Counted from the first letter of the stretch, positions 14,316-32,176 are shown. The stretch: 64,000 bases of DNA from the human T2T-CHM13v2.0 reference genome, Homo sapiens (GCF_009914755.1 NC_060929.1), one strand, 5' to 3'. Notes: generated by a model not told the origin, from the sequence alone. Numbers and translations are program-made.

Positions 14316-14390
14316 CTATTTAGGCGTGGTCGCCGGCGCGCATGCGCAGGCTGCGCGGCCCGTCGTCCCCGCCACGCCCCGCGGGGCGGG
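14316..14390 (-). promoter_or_regulatory. Core promoter motifs: NRF1 palindrome, Sp/KLF GC boxes, TATA-like element
   Basis: CGCGCATGCGCA at 14337-14348 fits NRF1 YGCGCAYGCGCR exactly. CCCCGCC 14367-14373, GCCACGCCCC 14371-14380, GGGGCGGG 14383-14390. TAAATA on the minus strand at 14322-14317. Confidence 0.7.
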
Positions 14391-15121
14391 TTTACTAGAG
14401 GGCGGTACCCTGCTCCCGCCAGTCCCTTTACCCCTCGTGCGCCCCTTTACCCGTAGTGAAACGTGCCCTCCTCCTCTCTCTCGGACTGCCCCTCTTTTTA
14501 CTTCAGGCGCAAGTTACACTATCCCGGTCTCCACAGCCTGGGCCTTTGGGGAAACTAACGTCTCTCTGGGACGTTGCTTTGCGGGATTATCTGCTTAATG
14601 GACGGAGTGACCTAAAAAATGTATTAAGGGTATTTTCGATGTCGTTATCTGGTGTCAGATGAGGCAGAGTGATGCATGTGTAGTGAAACAAACTGCCATC
14701 ATGCACGCAGTCAAGAAAATCCTTGCCCTTTACCTCAAATCCCTGCAAGAAGGTTTGTAGATAACGTGCCTTTCAAAGGAAATGACTAACAGAACTTCTT
14801 CAGATGATCACTTATAGTGTATCCTAAATATTTAACTTACAAGAATGTGTGTCGCACACAAAACCTTGGGCTTCCTAATCAGACAAACCGGCTTACAATC
14901 GAGGTTCCACCCTTTAATAGCTAGACTATTAGCTAGACAACACTGATACGTATGCTGTTTAGCCTTGCAGCTGATCAGTCTGCAAAATGGAAATAATAAT
15001 GTCCATTTTACAGATTAGGTATAAGGGTTAAAACACCTAGCTCATTGTCTGACGCATGGTAGATGCTGAACAACATTTGACTATTTTATATGTTCAAAAA
15101 TATATTTGTTGCATAAAATGA

Positions 15122-15518
<397 letters not shown>

Positions 15519-16060
15519 CCCTTTTTAAAATTTCTTGGTACCATCCTTCAAAGACACCCATATGACTGTCTTTTTCCTTCCCTAGCCTGACTTACTCATT
15601 CTCACTTTCATGACTGGTCCTGGAATCCCCTTCTATCCCGCCAGCCCAAGGCCCTTACTTTAAATCCAGGATCAAAACTGAGCAAAGTCTACCATGACTC
15701 ACCCCACCTGTTCAATCTTCCCTGGATGCTTTGGAGTCACCCAGTAGTCATCATTATTTTTAGTATATTTCTTTTTCAAATTATTGTTTGGTCCTTCGTA
15801 AGGGTTTTGTTCAGCTTCGTAGTTATAAATCCTGGTTCATAAACATGTTTAGAGGCAAGATTCTTGTCTTCCATAAATCTTCCTTCCCCAACCTCCTCCA
15901 CCTGTGTTTTGTGCACAATGGGCACAGAATTCAATAAATATTTTTATTCTGCTGGCTGGTATACTGATGTGCAATTCCAAGTCACACAGCAGCGCTGTGA
16001 AATACTGGAGGGAGGGGTAGATAAAACACAACAGCAAACTTACCAAAGCAAAATGACATG

Positions 16061-16098
16061 CACACACACACACAAACACACACACACACACACACACA
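16061..16098. repeat. Interrupted (CA)n microsatellite
   Basis: Direct read. Confidence 0.95.
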
Positions 16099-16507
16099 AA
16101 CAGCAGCTACAAGCCACAAACCAAAAGATGGTGCAGCTAGGGCTTTTGCTACCGTTAAGGTCTTTCCTTTGATTAGGTAGCAAAAACCATGTAACTCGTC
16201 ATATTTTCCTTTTTTGCTTTGGTTTCAAGAAGCTCAGAGCTCAGTTTTGTGCTAATTTGCAGGAGTTTCTCTCAAACTAGGCTTCCCAATACAAATACCT
16301 GCTATTTCCCCCCAATCCCCAATTCTGCCTCCCTCCTTTTGCCCCCTTTCTCTGTTTTAATTGATTTGTATCTGTGCCTTTACTATAAATCAATAATCAG
16401 TAAATGTCAGCAGCCAAAAGACCTCTGCTGCTACTGCCATTGTGTGTTTCCAGGCCCATTCCCAGGCTCTGGAGGACACTTTGTGAGTTTATCTGTGTCT
16501 GTGTATA

Positions 16508-17435
16508 CAGTTGACCCTTGAACAACAGTTTCGAATTGTGCAGGTGTGTCAGAGGTGTTTGAACCAAAGCAACTCCATCTTGAATAGGGTCTGGGTAATA
16601 TGAGGCTGAGATCTGCTGGGCTCTCTTCCCAGGAGGTTAGGCATTCTTAATCACAGGATAAGATGGGAGGTTGGCAGGACTGGTTTCACTAGACACAGAC
16701 CACAAAGACCCTGCTGATAAAACAGGATGCTGTAAAGAAGCTGGCCAAACCCCACCGAAACCAAGATGGTGACAAAAGTGTTTTCTGGTTGTCCTCAATG
16801 TTCATTATATGCTAATTATAATGTATTAGCATAATAAAATAAACTCCCACCAGCACCCTGACTATTTACAAATACCATGGCAATACCTGGAAGTTACCCT
16901 ATATGGTCTAAAAAGGAAAGGAACCCTCAGTCCCAGGAACTCCCCACCCTTTCCTGGAAAGCTCATGAATAATCCACCCCTTGTTTAGCATATAATCAAG
17001 AAACAACCATAAGTATACTCAGTCAAGCAGCCCATGCCACTGCTGTATTCAGTAGCCGTTCTTTCATTTCTTTACTTTCTTAATAAACTTCATTTCACTT
17101 TATAGACTTGCCCCAAATTCTTTCTTGCACGAGATACAAGAACTTGCTCCTGGGGTCTGGATGGGGACTGCTTTCTGGCAACAGGCCCACTTAGAAGAAG
17201 AGTTTTTTCAATAAATACAGTCAGCCCTCCATATTGGCAGGTTTTGCATCCACAACCAGACAAGGATGGAAAATACAGTATTCCCAGGATGCAGAAACCC
17301 ACATATAGGCAAGGCCCACTTTTCTGTGGGTTTCTTAGGGCCAACTAGGGAACTTCTGTGTGCACTCAAGCATGAGTTTTGATATCCTTAGCAGTTCTGT
17401 AACCAATACCCCACAGATATCAGGGGACAACCATT
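16508..17435. mobile_element. Tigger/MER2B-like DNA transposon fossil interrupted by MER41
   Basis: Terminal repeat ta-cagttgacccttgaacaac at 16506; the element resumes at 17184 (ggcccactta...ttcaataaatacagtcagccctcc). Confidence 0.65.
16547..17183 (+). mobile_element. MER41B-like solo LTR nested in a Tigger-family DNA element
   Basis: tgtcagaggtgtttgaaccaaagcaactccatcttgaatagg start, ...tctggcaaca end; GAS-bearing segment at 16921-16960. Confidence 0.85.
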
Positions 17436-17747
17436 CTATATTGTATTCTTGAGTCTATGGGTTAAGATTAAGGAGTTTGGCGCCGCCTTTAAGGATAAGA
17501 ATCAGAAAGACTTGTTTCAGGTTTCAGGAGTTTACAATAGTGGTTAAGAATGTGAACCCTGGGACTAGACTGCCTGGGGTCAATCCTAGCTCTGCATCTT
17601 ACTAACTGTGTAATATTGGACAAGTTACTTAACCTCTCTATGCCCCAGTTTCTTTCTTCTGTAAAAGGTAGATGATGAAAAACTTAAATGAGCTAATAAT
17701 TGTAAAGTGCTTAGGATAGTGCTGGTACTTATTAAGCCCCACATGAA

Positions 17748-18746
<999 letters not shown>

Positions 18747-19555
18747 TAATATTTAACAAACATAAAGTTTGTTAAATAAATAAGTCATTTTGGAAAGAGG
18801 TCCCAAATAAGAAACTAACAGCATGGTAGAATTCACATTCATATGAATATAAAAATGTACATATTATCGTTAATGATATCATGCTGAATTCATGTCTGAT
18901 TCATAATTTTGTATGAAAAGGACTCATGTTTGACTTATTCACCACTGTATCCCAACATGTAGCAAAGCCTTACGCACAGCAGTTAATAAATATTTCTTGA
19001 ATGTAAATAAGTGCTGTTTGAACAATCCTTTTGTTTTCCATTTAATAATATGTCACAGAGACTTCCCATTGCAGCAAGATGACTACTAAGACAACCTGAA
19101 TCCCCACCTCCCCACACACACCATCTTCCTCTGGGCTTTGCTCTTTCGGGTCTGGACTCTGAGGAGGCAGGCTGATGGAAGGCCATTTCAGGTCAGTTCA
19201 GGAGAGTACTAACTGTAGGGAGGCCTGCAGAATCTAGGCAGGGAGATGCCCTCCAGCATTTGAAATGGAAACTAACTAAGCTGCATTTCTCACTGTCTAG
19301 CACCCTTTTGTTCTGTTATCCTTAAACCTAATTGAATACTGTTTAAATATTCCAGCCTGGCCTCAGGTGAACTACAGGAATGAGTTTATAAAGGTCTTTA
19401 CAAGGGATAAGTCCATCCACCTTTGAGATTTAGGGTTGAAGAGATCTGAGAGATTAACAGCACTGAGTGAATCTGGCAGAACAAGAGAAAAGTCTAGCCA
19501 TCTCCTCCCTGAGTGATAATTCTTGCATTGCCAATCTTGGAAGGTTGAGGTCCTA

Positions 19556-20345
<790 letters not shown>

Positions 20346-21828
20346 TATTTTATTAAAGAACACTACAGACTCCCTTACAATTGAGAGGTGTTTTCCCCGT
20401 ACACTTACTGGGCTGTGAACTCACAGTTCTTGCCATCCCCTCACACCATTCTTTCCCACTAGACTCCAAGCTCCTCGAGATTAGAGACCAAATTACATTC
20501 ATTTTGGTACCCCTAGCATCAAGCTTAATGCCCAGTGCCTAGTAGATGCACAGTATATATTATAAAAATCAAGGGTGGGACTGAGATAGATTTCTAATTT
20601 TGACAAAAACAATAGACTGGTCATGTTTTTATCCTCCTGGAACTATGAAGCAACCTGTATGCAAGGAGCCTTCTGCAGTGCTCCAGAACTCAATGTACAG
20701 TTACCATGATATTTTATTTCTATTCAATAAAACCAAGTAGCCAACCGCAGAACACACCCCTGGAGAGATTACTTAAATAAGGAAGTATTAATATCATTGA
20801 TAAAAGTATATTTTTGTGAAATATCTCTGATAATTAACTCTAGATGCCTGAGAGACCTAGAAAGATCCCCTTCCTTCCCTTCCACTTGTGCATCTTTTCA
20901 AACTCTTTCAGTCTTGCCTCTTACTGGAGCCCCTGCAGTGGTACCCAATCTCTTTCAGGCTTTGCATGAGTACAACATGATAGCGCCTTACTTCAGGCCC
21001 AAGCCATGTGCACCCACGAGACAGGAAACAGGAGAATAGGGGAACAGGAGGCTATGGATCAGTGACTCCCCTTTCATTCTGCAGACAGCAGATGGCTCTA
21101 AGATGCATTCCATAAGGCCCTCAGATGATCTCGTGGAATCAAGCACCAGTCATGTGTAGCAAGGGCAAACTCAATAATCCACCTTTGCATTGGCTTTTCC
21201 TCTTTCTCTGTTTGACTTACCCATTTCTCAATCCTGGCCCCATAATCACTTTCTGAACAAGTAGGGTAGTAACTACACTTGGAAAAATATTGTTCCAACT
21301 CATTCACTGAGTAATTCAGAATGCTGCCAGCTTTGAATGGGACACAGATCAAGAGTGGACTCTGCTTCAAGTCTAGGCTACAGTGCAAGCTCACTTGCCA
21401 CGACCCAGCAGATCCAATGATGCTGATGTATCTGTTGGGTAAGGATACTGCCTATGAAGATTCTGGTAAACCCTAAGAGGGGAGTATCATATAGACCATG
21501 CCCACTGTGGTAGAGAAGTGCTAACTTTTTGAGGAACAACTCCAGAAATGCTCCTGGGCCCCAGGAGAGACTTAGAAATCAAAGACCTAAAAGAAACAAA
21601 ACTTGCAATCACAGAAAGGGAAATCTAGGGAAGAGGCCAGGAGTGCACATAAAGCATGTGATTTTTGTGTCCCCTGTTAATACTCACTGAAGAATATCTA
21701 CCTCTGTGGAGACACTTAATAACCAAGTGGACAGGATGACTTGTCCTATGGATGTCAAGCAGCCTGTCTTCCCAGCTACCTCAGTGTTGGTCTATGAACA
21801 GAGTAGTCATAGCTGCAGGGGTGCAGGC

Positions 21829-22335
21829 TGTGGTAGGCAGCCTGTATGATGTCCATCAAGGATTCCTGTCTCCTGGCATTCCTGCCCTTGTGTAATCTCC
21901 TCTCCATATTAACTTAATTTTGATAAATAGAATATGGCTGAAGTGACAATTATCACTTCTGATATCAGGTTAGTAAAAGGGCTTCCATCATGGGTGCTAT
22001 TTCTCATTTTTTCCTGGGTTGCTCATGCTGGGGGTAGCCAGTTGCTATGTCATGAAGCAGCCCTGTAAAGAGGCCCACATGATGAGGAACTAAGGCCTAC
22101 CAACAACAACATGATTGAGCTTAGAAGAGAATCCCTCTGAGTTGAGTCTTCAGATGAGACCACAGCCCCACACTGCGTCTTGACTGCAGTCTCTTGAGAT
22201 AACTTGAAGCAGAGGGACCCAGCTTAACGGTACCCAAACTCCTGACCCACAGAAACTATGAGATAATAAATATTTCTTGTTTTTAGCCAGTAACTTTTGA
22301 GGTAATTTGTTATGTGGCAATAGATAACTAATACA
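21829..22335 (+). mobile_element. MaLR LTR (MLT1E/F-like)
   Basis: tgtggtaggcag...gcaatagataactaataca. Confidence 0.7.
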
Positions 22336-22783
22336 GGGATTATGAATGGGCTGTCTTCTATGAAGGCTGATCTAGCTACTGCTACTGCTGACCAGTGGTA
22401 GAGTCTACTGAAGCTGAGCATATGCATACTCTATGACCCAAAAATTCTCCAAGTATCCAGCACAAATGCTTACACATGTTTCCAAAAGACATATACAAGT
22501 ATATTCATGGGAGCACTATTTATAACGGCCAGAAACTGGAACTAATACAACTCTGTGGCTTCCCCTTTCACTCTCTGATTAGTGTGTTTGATGAACAAAA
22601 GTTTTCTGTTTTAGATTTAGATTTTAGTAGTCTAGCTACTACATTTTTGTCTTTATAGTTAGTGCTTTTTGTATCCTATTTAAGAAATATTCATCTACAA
22701 GCAAAGATTATGAAGATATTATCCTATGTTTTATTTTAAAGAGATTTTTATTATTTTAACTTTCACATTTAGATCTACATTCC

Positions 22784-24590
<1,807 letters not shown>

Positions 24591-24661
24591 AGATCTACAT
24601 TCCATCCAGAATTCATGTTTGTGTATGGTATGGGGTAGAAGTTAATATTAAATATTTTTCT

Positions 24662-24958
<297 letters not shown>

Positions 24959-25006
24959 TTACCATTTTTAAAGCCTTCCTTATTCTGTGCTTTCTACCCT
25001 AGTTAT

Positions 25007-25311
<305 letters not shown>

Positions 25312-27343
25312 TCTACCCTATTTATAAGTTGTTATTGGCACCTATGGCAGAGTGTATTAACTGGCTCATCCAATAGCCATTCCCAATACTCTTCTTCCTT
25401 GCTTCCATTGCAGGGCCAACTTCCTCAACTTTCCGTAGCTAGAGGTATCCAGGTGCATAATTCTGGGCAATTGGGCATAAGTGGAAATAAGTGGGTGGCT
25501 GCTGGAAATGCGTTGAATTTGTTGATGAAAGGGACAAATACCAGGAGGAGCTGCCTCTGTCCCACTTCTTCCATGAAAATAGATGGAAAAACTGGAGCTT
25601 AAAAATCCATCTTTCATTTATGACAGGAAGACCAAAATTTTAGAGATGCCCGTCCTCACATCATTGAGCTGTTGAACCAAAACTTGCAACTGCCTATCTC
25701 TAATCACCTTATGGGAGAAAAACAAATCTTATTTATTTAAGCTACTGATTGTGAGATTTCCGTTACTTGCAACCAAAGGGATTTTCTACGTAATACAGAA
25801 TCCATTAGAGCTCCATGTGTATGTCTCTTCTTTGGAGGAAAAATACCTTTGAAAACAAAAATACCTCCAATTGTGACTTTTTGTAATGTGCCATGTCCTT
25901 ATTGTACGTGTGTATGTATTAAATACACAACTTAAATGGCTACAGGTCACAAAGTATGGATGTTGGAGAGCTGCACATTTTAAACAATAGGAATTATACA
26001 TCGGCAACAAGAGAATATAATCTTTTTGTCAGTGACTTACAGAGGGCCTTATTTACAGCTGAACAGGTATTTGATATAACAATTCATTGTTCTGACACAT
26101 GTAGCAATCATTATGTGCAGTTTTTAATGCATCATGTTATATTAGCTCAGCCCATGCTCTAACACCGTGTAACATAAATTTTGCCAAAAGAAATGACATT
26201 ACATGACACTGACTTTTAAAAGACACACACTATTTTTTCAGATCACATATCCTTTATCCATGAGTGCCCAATTCAAAAATCAAGCTGGCAGACAAAACTG
26301 GAGTGAATGTATAGCCTCAAAGCAGCATATTTATCTTGAGTAGTTTTGCACATGTCTACCTGTAGTCAATGATTCCATTCCATTTTTATGTTGAAATACA
26401 TGAGCAACATTAATGACCCTTTTTTTGTCACCTAAAATGAGATTTTCATTCAGGGTCAATCAGGAGAGACTTGAAAGGTGTTTTTGGATGGCACGTTATG
26501 GATAAAATCTTTTTACATGTTTATCATGTACTATTTACGGCTGTTCTATTTGAAACTCTCACCAAAATTTTTATGATTATTTTATTTTTATTCTATCTAT
26601 GACTTTTTACTGCTTCCAAGACGATATATGTCTCTTAGGTGTGAAATAATTTCAATTTTTAATTACATATTCTTTTTTATATTAATAGGAAATGCAACAA
26701 AAAAGATGAGGATTTTTGGACAACATATTTCTAGATTACCCAAAAAAAACTTTAAGTGCTGGTTCACAAAAATCCATTGATATAAATTTTAAATGTTAAT
26801 TATTCACTTTTTTAAAAAAATAATTATCTCCCAACACTTTTCTGTTATGGAAAACTACTTAAGACCCACATAATTTTTCTTGGCTTAGAAACGTAAAGTA
26901 AATAAAATAAGAATAATAAGCAATCTTCTGTGAAAGCTTATTAGGATTCTGCAGAATAGTTTGCCAAAGGGAAGGAAGTCTTTGTAAAATGGCTTTTCTT
27001 CTAATATTTTAAGGTAATATAAAGTTATTACTTCTTAATTGAGGACAGAAATTTCATTTCAACTTGCACAACTTCCAATTCCAATATTACTATCCTAATA
27101 TTTAATTATTGTATTGTTATTATCATTATTACTGTAATTATTTCTCGTTCTTTATTACCATATTCTTTGTACATGTATGTGTGCGTGTGATCACCACTTA
27201 ATCATATAAGTGAGATTTTAAGAATTCTTGTAATGTACAGGTTATACACTTCCAAATGATTTAGAAACTTTAGAACTGATTAAAGTAGACAAAACTAGAT
27301 AAAAATTCTCATTGGATTTTTAGCTACATTAAGAAATCAGAGT

Positions 27344-27640
27344 GGCCAGGCGCAGTGGCTCACACCTGTAATCTCAGTACTTTGGGAAGTCAAGGCAGGT
27401 GGATCACCTAAGCTCAGAAGTTCAAGACCACCCTGGCAAGATGGAGAAACCCCGTCTCTACAAAAAATACAAAAATTAGCCAGGCGTGAAGGTGTGCACC
27501 TGTAGTTCCAGCTACTTGAAGGGCTGAGGTAGGAGGATGGCTTGGGCCCAGGAGGTCAAGGCTGCAGTGAGCCATGTTTGCACTAGTGCACTCCATTCTG
27601 GGTGACAAAGCAAGACTCTGTCTCAAAAAAAAGAGAAAAA
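27344..27640 (+). mobile_element. Alu (J/S-like)
   Basis: Dimer; TSD aaatcagagt. Confidence 0.88.
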
Positions 27641-27732
27641 AATCAGAGTAATAGAATTGAATAAAGATATTGATTGAGTTCAGTACAACAACTGGGAATC
27701 TATTTGACACCAAGTTACTAGGAATTAATGGC

Positions 27733-28038
27733 TTTTTTTTTTCTTTTAAGAGACAGAATCTCTGTCTGACACCCAGGCTGGAGTGCAGTGGCATGAGCAT
27801 AGCTCACTGCAGCCTTGAATTCCTAGGCTCAATCACTCCTTCCACCTCAGCCTCCTGAGTAGCTAAGACTACAGGCTCATGCAACCACACCCAGCTAATT
27901 TAAAAAATAACATTTTATATGTAGAGATGGGATCTCACTATGTTGTCCAGGCTGGTTTCAAACTCCTGGCCTCAAGTGATCCTCCTGCTTCAGCCTCCCT
28001 AAGTGCTGGTACTACAGGCATGAGCCAGTGTATCTGAC
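27733..28038 (-). mobile_element. Alu (J-like)
   Basis: Reverse dimer. Confidence 0.87.
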
Positions 28039-29126
28039 CTTTATTCCCATTTTCTTTATTCAATTGTTTTGGTGTTTGTGCTTTGGTATTCAGCCAGGCC
28101 ATGACTCTCCTGAAATGATTAAAAGCAGGTATTTGGGACCCAGATAGAATATCTTCTACACAGAGTTGTGGTGGTTGTGTATATGCAATGTACATAAAGG
28201 ATTTAGCACAATACCTGGCTCATTAAAAATACCCAATAAATTATAACTATTATTATTATTATCATCTTTACTCAAGTAGTCAAAGAAAAAAATTGTTTAT
28301 CCAAAATTGATGCCCTTTAATAAAATTATATTGTGATGCAAATTTTTTTCCAGGGAATTACCAAATGATTCTAATACAAGCCACTGCTTATCCGTATATC
28401 AGGGTTATAGAGATATGAATATTACTAGGTTGATCTTCTATTACAAACAGTAAAGGAAAGGAATCCTCACATTTTTGATTTATTGGCAATTTCCCATAGT
28501 AATAGATTCTTCAAATGAATACATTTAAAATATTCTGTGTAAATCATGTGTTTGTGCCTATCAGGTTTAAATGCTAGCTGTGTAACTTTGGAAAAGGTAT
28601 TAACTTTTCATTTTTCATCTGGAAGACTAGTGGTATGCTAATATGAATAATTTCTATCATGTAGTATTTTATAAATGATAGTCATCATTATTTTCAAATA
28701 AGGAAGAATCTATATAAGTAAGCCTTCACCACTCTGAAGGGCACATTGTATATTAAAAAATATTTATAACAATATTTAAAATAGTGCCTCAATGCAGCCT
28801 ATATTTTTCTTTTAGCACAGGCAAAAATTCAGATAGGAAAATTCCTAAGAGGTAAAATGCTAAGAGTTTCTCATAAAGAAGGAAAACAAAGATGAAAATC
28901 AATAAAATTACAGAAAAGGGCTTATCAGCATGTGCAGTTTTTTATTTAGAAAATGGAAATTAGTCTTCACCAAATCACTGGAGAATAAACACTCAGAAAG
29001 CAATTTTACTTAACTTATATTAAATAATTTGTGGCTGCAAGTACAGACTGATTCATAATTTAAGTCATACACACTGTTACACAAGGTGGAATTTTGTTTT
29101 CTTTGCTTTATAAAAGTTAACTTCCA

Positions 29127-29262
29127 GGCTGGACATGGTGGCTCCTGTAATCCCAGCACTTTGGGAGGCCAAAGCAGGAGGATTGCTTGAGCCCAGGAGT
29201 TTGAGACCAGCCTGGGCAAGATAGTTAGCCTTTGTTTCCACAAAAAAGAAAAAAGAAAAAAA
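29127..29262 (+). mobile_element. FLAM / Alu monomer
   Basis: Single arm with A tail; TSD aaaagttaact. Confidence 0.82.
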
Positions 29263-31089
29263 AAAGTTAACTCCCACAACTAAAGATGAAAAAAATCAAT
29301 GATTTACAAATGCCGCTTTGTAAATGGGTGGTGAGGTTTGGTTGACTATCACACAAATGAAGCAACTGTGTTTTAACTGTTCTAACAGGAAAAAAAATAG
29401 TGGAGAGAGCATTCAAGATAAATTGTCTCTCTAGAATATAATGTATTTCTCAGTTACAAAATGATAAGAGCCGGATGTCTGAATACTTTGTGAAACATTT
29501 AAAAGGAAGATTCAGAGTAACAAGACAAGGGGCAAGTTGCCAGTGGCAGTTGTAAATTGCTTAAGCTGGACACATTGTGTTCTTGAAACTTTCATTACCT
29601 CTGTTTTTCCTTTTGCAACCAGTTGGAAATGGATATAATGGCACAAAGACAGGAAAGGGTGAATAACAATGAAAATGAATTTAATACAGAGCTAGGAACT
29701 GACAGAGAATGAGAGAGCGGTAGTGAGTTGAGAAAGAAGAGAAATAAAGGTGAAAATAGATTTGGGGTTAAATAGGCCAAAAGGGTATGATCAAGGTGGG
29801 AAGACCTGAGGCAGTTAGGCAATGCCCTGAATTCTTTAAACTTTTCTGTACACTTGACCCTTGAACAGCTCATGGGTTAGGGGCACCACCTTCTCACAGT
29901 AAAAAATCCATGTATAAATTTGACTCGCTAAAAATAAGAGAGGGTCAATGGATATTTGGTAACAATTAGAAGTCTCTGCCACAGGTCTGCTTTGGGATGT
30001 AAGATATCACTGATTTCAATGCATTCAGTGTGGTGCACTGAAAGGGAGATATGTAGGTAGGTGGCAATTTGCATGTCTTGCATCAGCCTTTGCTAATCAA
30101 CCCATTGCCTTGATTACTGTGGCTTTATAGTAAGCCTTGAAATGAGGTAGTCTGAACCCTTTGTTCTTTTTCAAAATAAATTCTTTTGGCTATTCTAATT
30201 TATTGGGCTTTACATGTAAATTTTAGAATCAGCCTGTTGATATCTACAAAAATTCCTGCTGGGATTTTGATTAGGATTGCATAAAATCTATAGATCGGTT
30301 TGGGGAGAATTGACATTATTAACAATGTTGAGTCTTACAATTCATGAAGATAGTATATGTCTCCGTTTATTTGGGTCTGCTTTGACTTCTTTCATCCGTA
30401 TTTTATATTTTTTAGCAACACATCCTGCACATATTTTGTTAGATTTATAGGTATTCCCTTTGTGTGTGTGTGCTATCATAAGCAACATTGTATTTAAATC
30501 TTTTATTTTGAGTTATTCATTGCCCATATATAAAAATTCAGTTGATTTTTATGTATTGGTCTGGTATTCTGTGATCTTGCCAAACTCATTTATTAGTTCT
30601 AGGAACTTTTTGGTAGATTCATTGAGATTTTCTACATAGATAATTGTGTCATCTGCAAATAGAGACAATTTATTTTCTCCTTTCTAATCTGTATGCCTTT
30701 TATTTCTTTTTCTTGCCTTATTATAGTGGCTAGAACTCCCAATATAGTGTTGAATAAGAATAGTAATATTGGACATCTGTTTTTTATTTTAACATGCAGA
30801 AGTTATATTTTAACATTAAGATGCTAACCATAGATATTTTATAGGCACTTTCATCAGGCTAAGGAAATTCCTTTTTATTCCTAGACTTCTGAGAGTTTTT
30901 ATCACAAATTTATGTTGAATTTTGTCAAATTCTTCTTCTGCATCTATTAAGATGATCAAGACATTTTCTACTTTGTTAATTTGGTGAATTACATTGATTC
31001 ATTTTCAAATCATTGAATCTGCCTTACATTCCTGAAATAAACATTACTTGGCCATGATATAGTATCTTTTTTTATATTCCCAGATCTCA

Positions 31090-31387
31090 TTACTATTACT
31101 ATTATTTGACAGAGTCTCACTCCATCGCCCAGGCTGGAGTGCAGTGACACAATCTTGGCTCACTGCAACCTCCGTCTCCAGATTCAAGTGATTCTCATGC
31201 CTCAGTCTCCCAAGTAGTTAGGATTACAGGTGTATGCCACCCCACTGGGCTAATTTTTGTATTTTTAGTAGAGACCGGGTTTTACTATGTTGGTTAGGCT
31301 GGTCTTGAACTCCTGATCTCAGGTGATCTGCCTGCCTCGGCCTCCCAAAGTACTAGGATTACAGGTGTGAGCCACTGTACCCAGGCT
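31090..31387 (-). mobile_element. Alu inside old L1
   Basis: Reverse dimer. Confidence 0.88.
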
Positions 31388-31890
31388 TATTTTCTAATAT
31401 GTTGTTGAGGGATATTGGTCTGTAGCTTTCTTTTCTTGTATTTTCTTTTCCTGCTTCTGGTATTGAGTTAATACTAGCTGAACAAAATAACTGTTCCCTC
31501 ATCTTCTATTTTCTGAAAACAAACAAACAAACAAAGAAACAAAAAAGTTTAAATAGAATTACAAGTCAGGAGAAAATTTCCCACTTAAGTGTTTGGTAGA
31601 CTTCACCAGTGTAACTATCTGGACCCAGAATTTTTTTGTTGGAAGATTTTAAACTGCAAATTCAATTTCTTTACTAGGTATAAGACAATTCAAGTTATCT
31701 GTTTCTTCTTGAGTGCATTTTGGTTGTTTGTGTCTTTCAAAGAATTTGCCCGTTTTATCTACTTCATTGAATTATGGTTAGTTTGTAGTATTCTCTTCTA
31801 ATTTCTATAGGGTATTTAGTGCTAGCTCTTCTTCCTGATATTGGTAATTAGTGCCCTCTCTCTATTTCTCTCACCACCCTCACACTCCCG

Positions 31891-31892
<2 letters not shown>

Positions 31893-31934
<42 letters not shown>
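31893..31934. repeat. (GT)21 microsatellite
   Basis: Direct read. Confidence 0.97.
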
Positions 31935-31937
<3 letters not shown>

Positions 31938-32138
31938 CTCTGTACCTTTTAAGCCTCTGGCAACCACTAGTGTACATTCTGCCTGTGTGGATTTACTTAT
32001 TCTGGATGTTTCATATAAATGGAATCATACAGTATTTGATCTTTTGTGTCTGGCTTCTTTCACTATGCATAATGTTTACAAGGTTTATCCATGTTGTAAC
32101 ATGTGTCAGTACTTCTTTCTTGTGCCTGAATTGCATAG

Positions 32139-32140
<2 letters not shown>

Positions 32141-32174
<34 letters not shown>
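32141..32174. repeat. (AC)17 microsatellite
   Basis: Direct read. Confidence 0.97.

Positions 32175-32176
<2 letters not shown>

Larger units (their letters stand above)
13780..14480. promoter_or_regulatory. TBCA: CpG island / TBCA promoter and 5' UTR
   Basis: Abrupt GC- and CpG-rich block in AT-rich flanks, spanning exon 1. Boundaries approximate. Confidence 0.92.

Noticed and set aside
13635-14598. + strand ORFs of 171 aa and 90 aa across the CpG island
   Set aside because: Non-ATG starts and low-complexity Ala/Arg/Gly/Pro content expected from GC-rich DNA.
26240-26400. Minus-strand peptide containing MDKGY, reminiscent of a PIF/Harbinger DDE motif
   Set aside because: Surrounded by stops, with no other transposase motifs or TIRs identifiable by eye.
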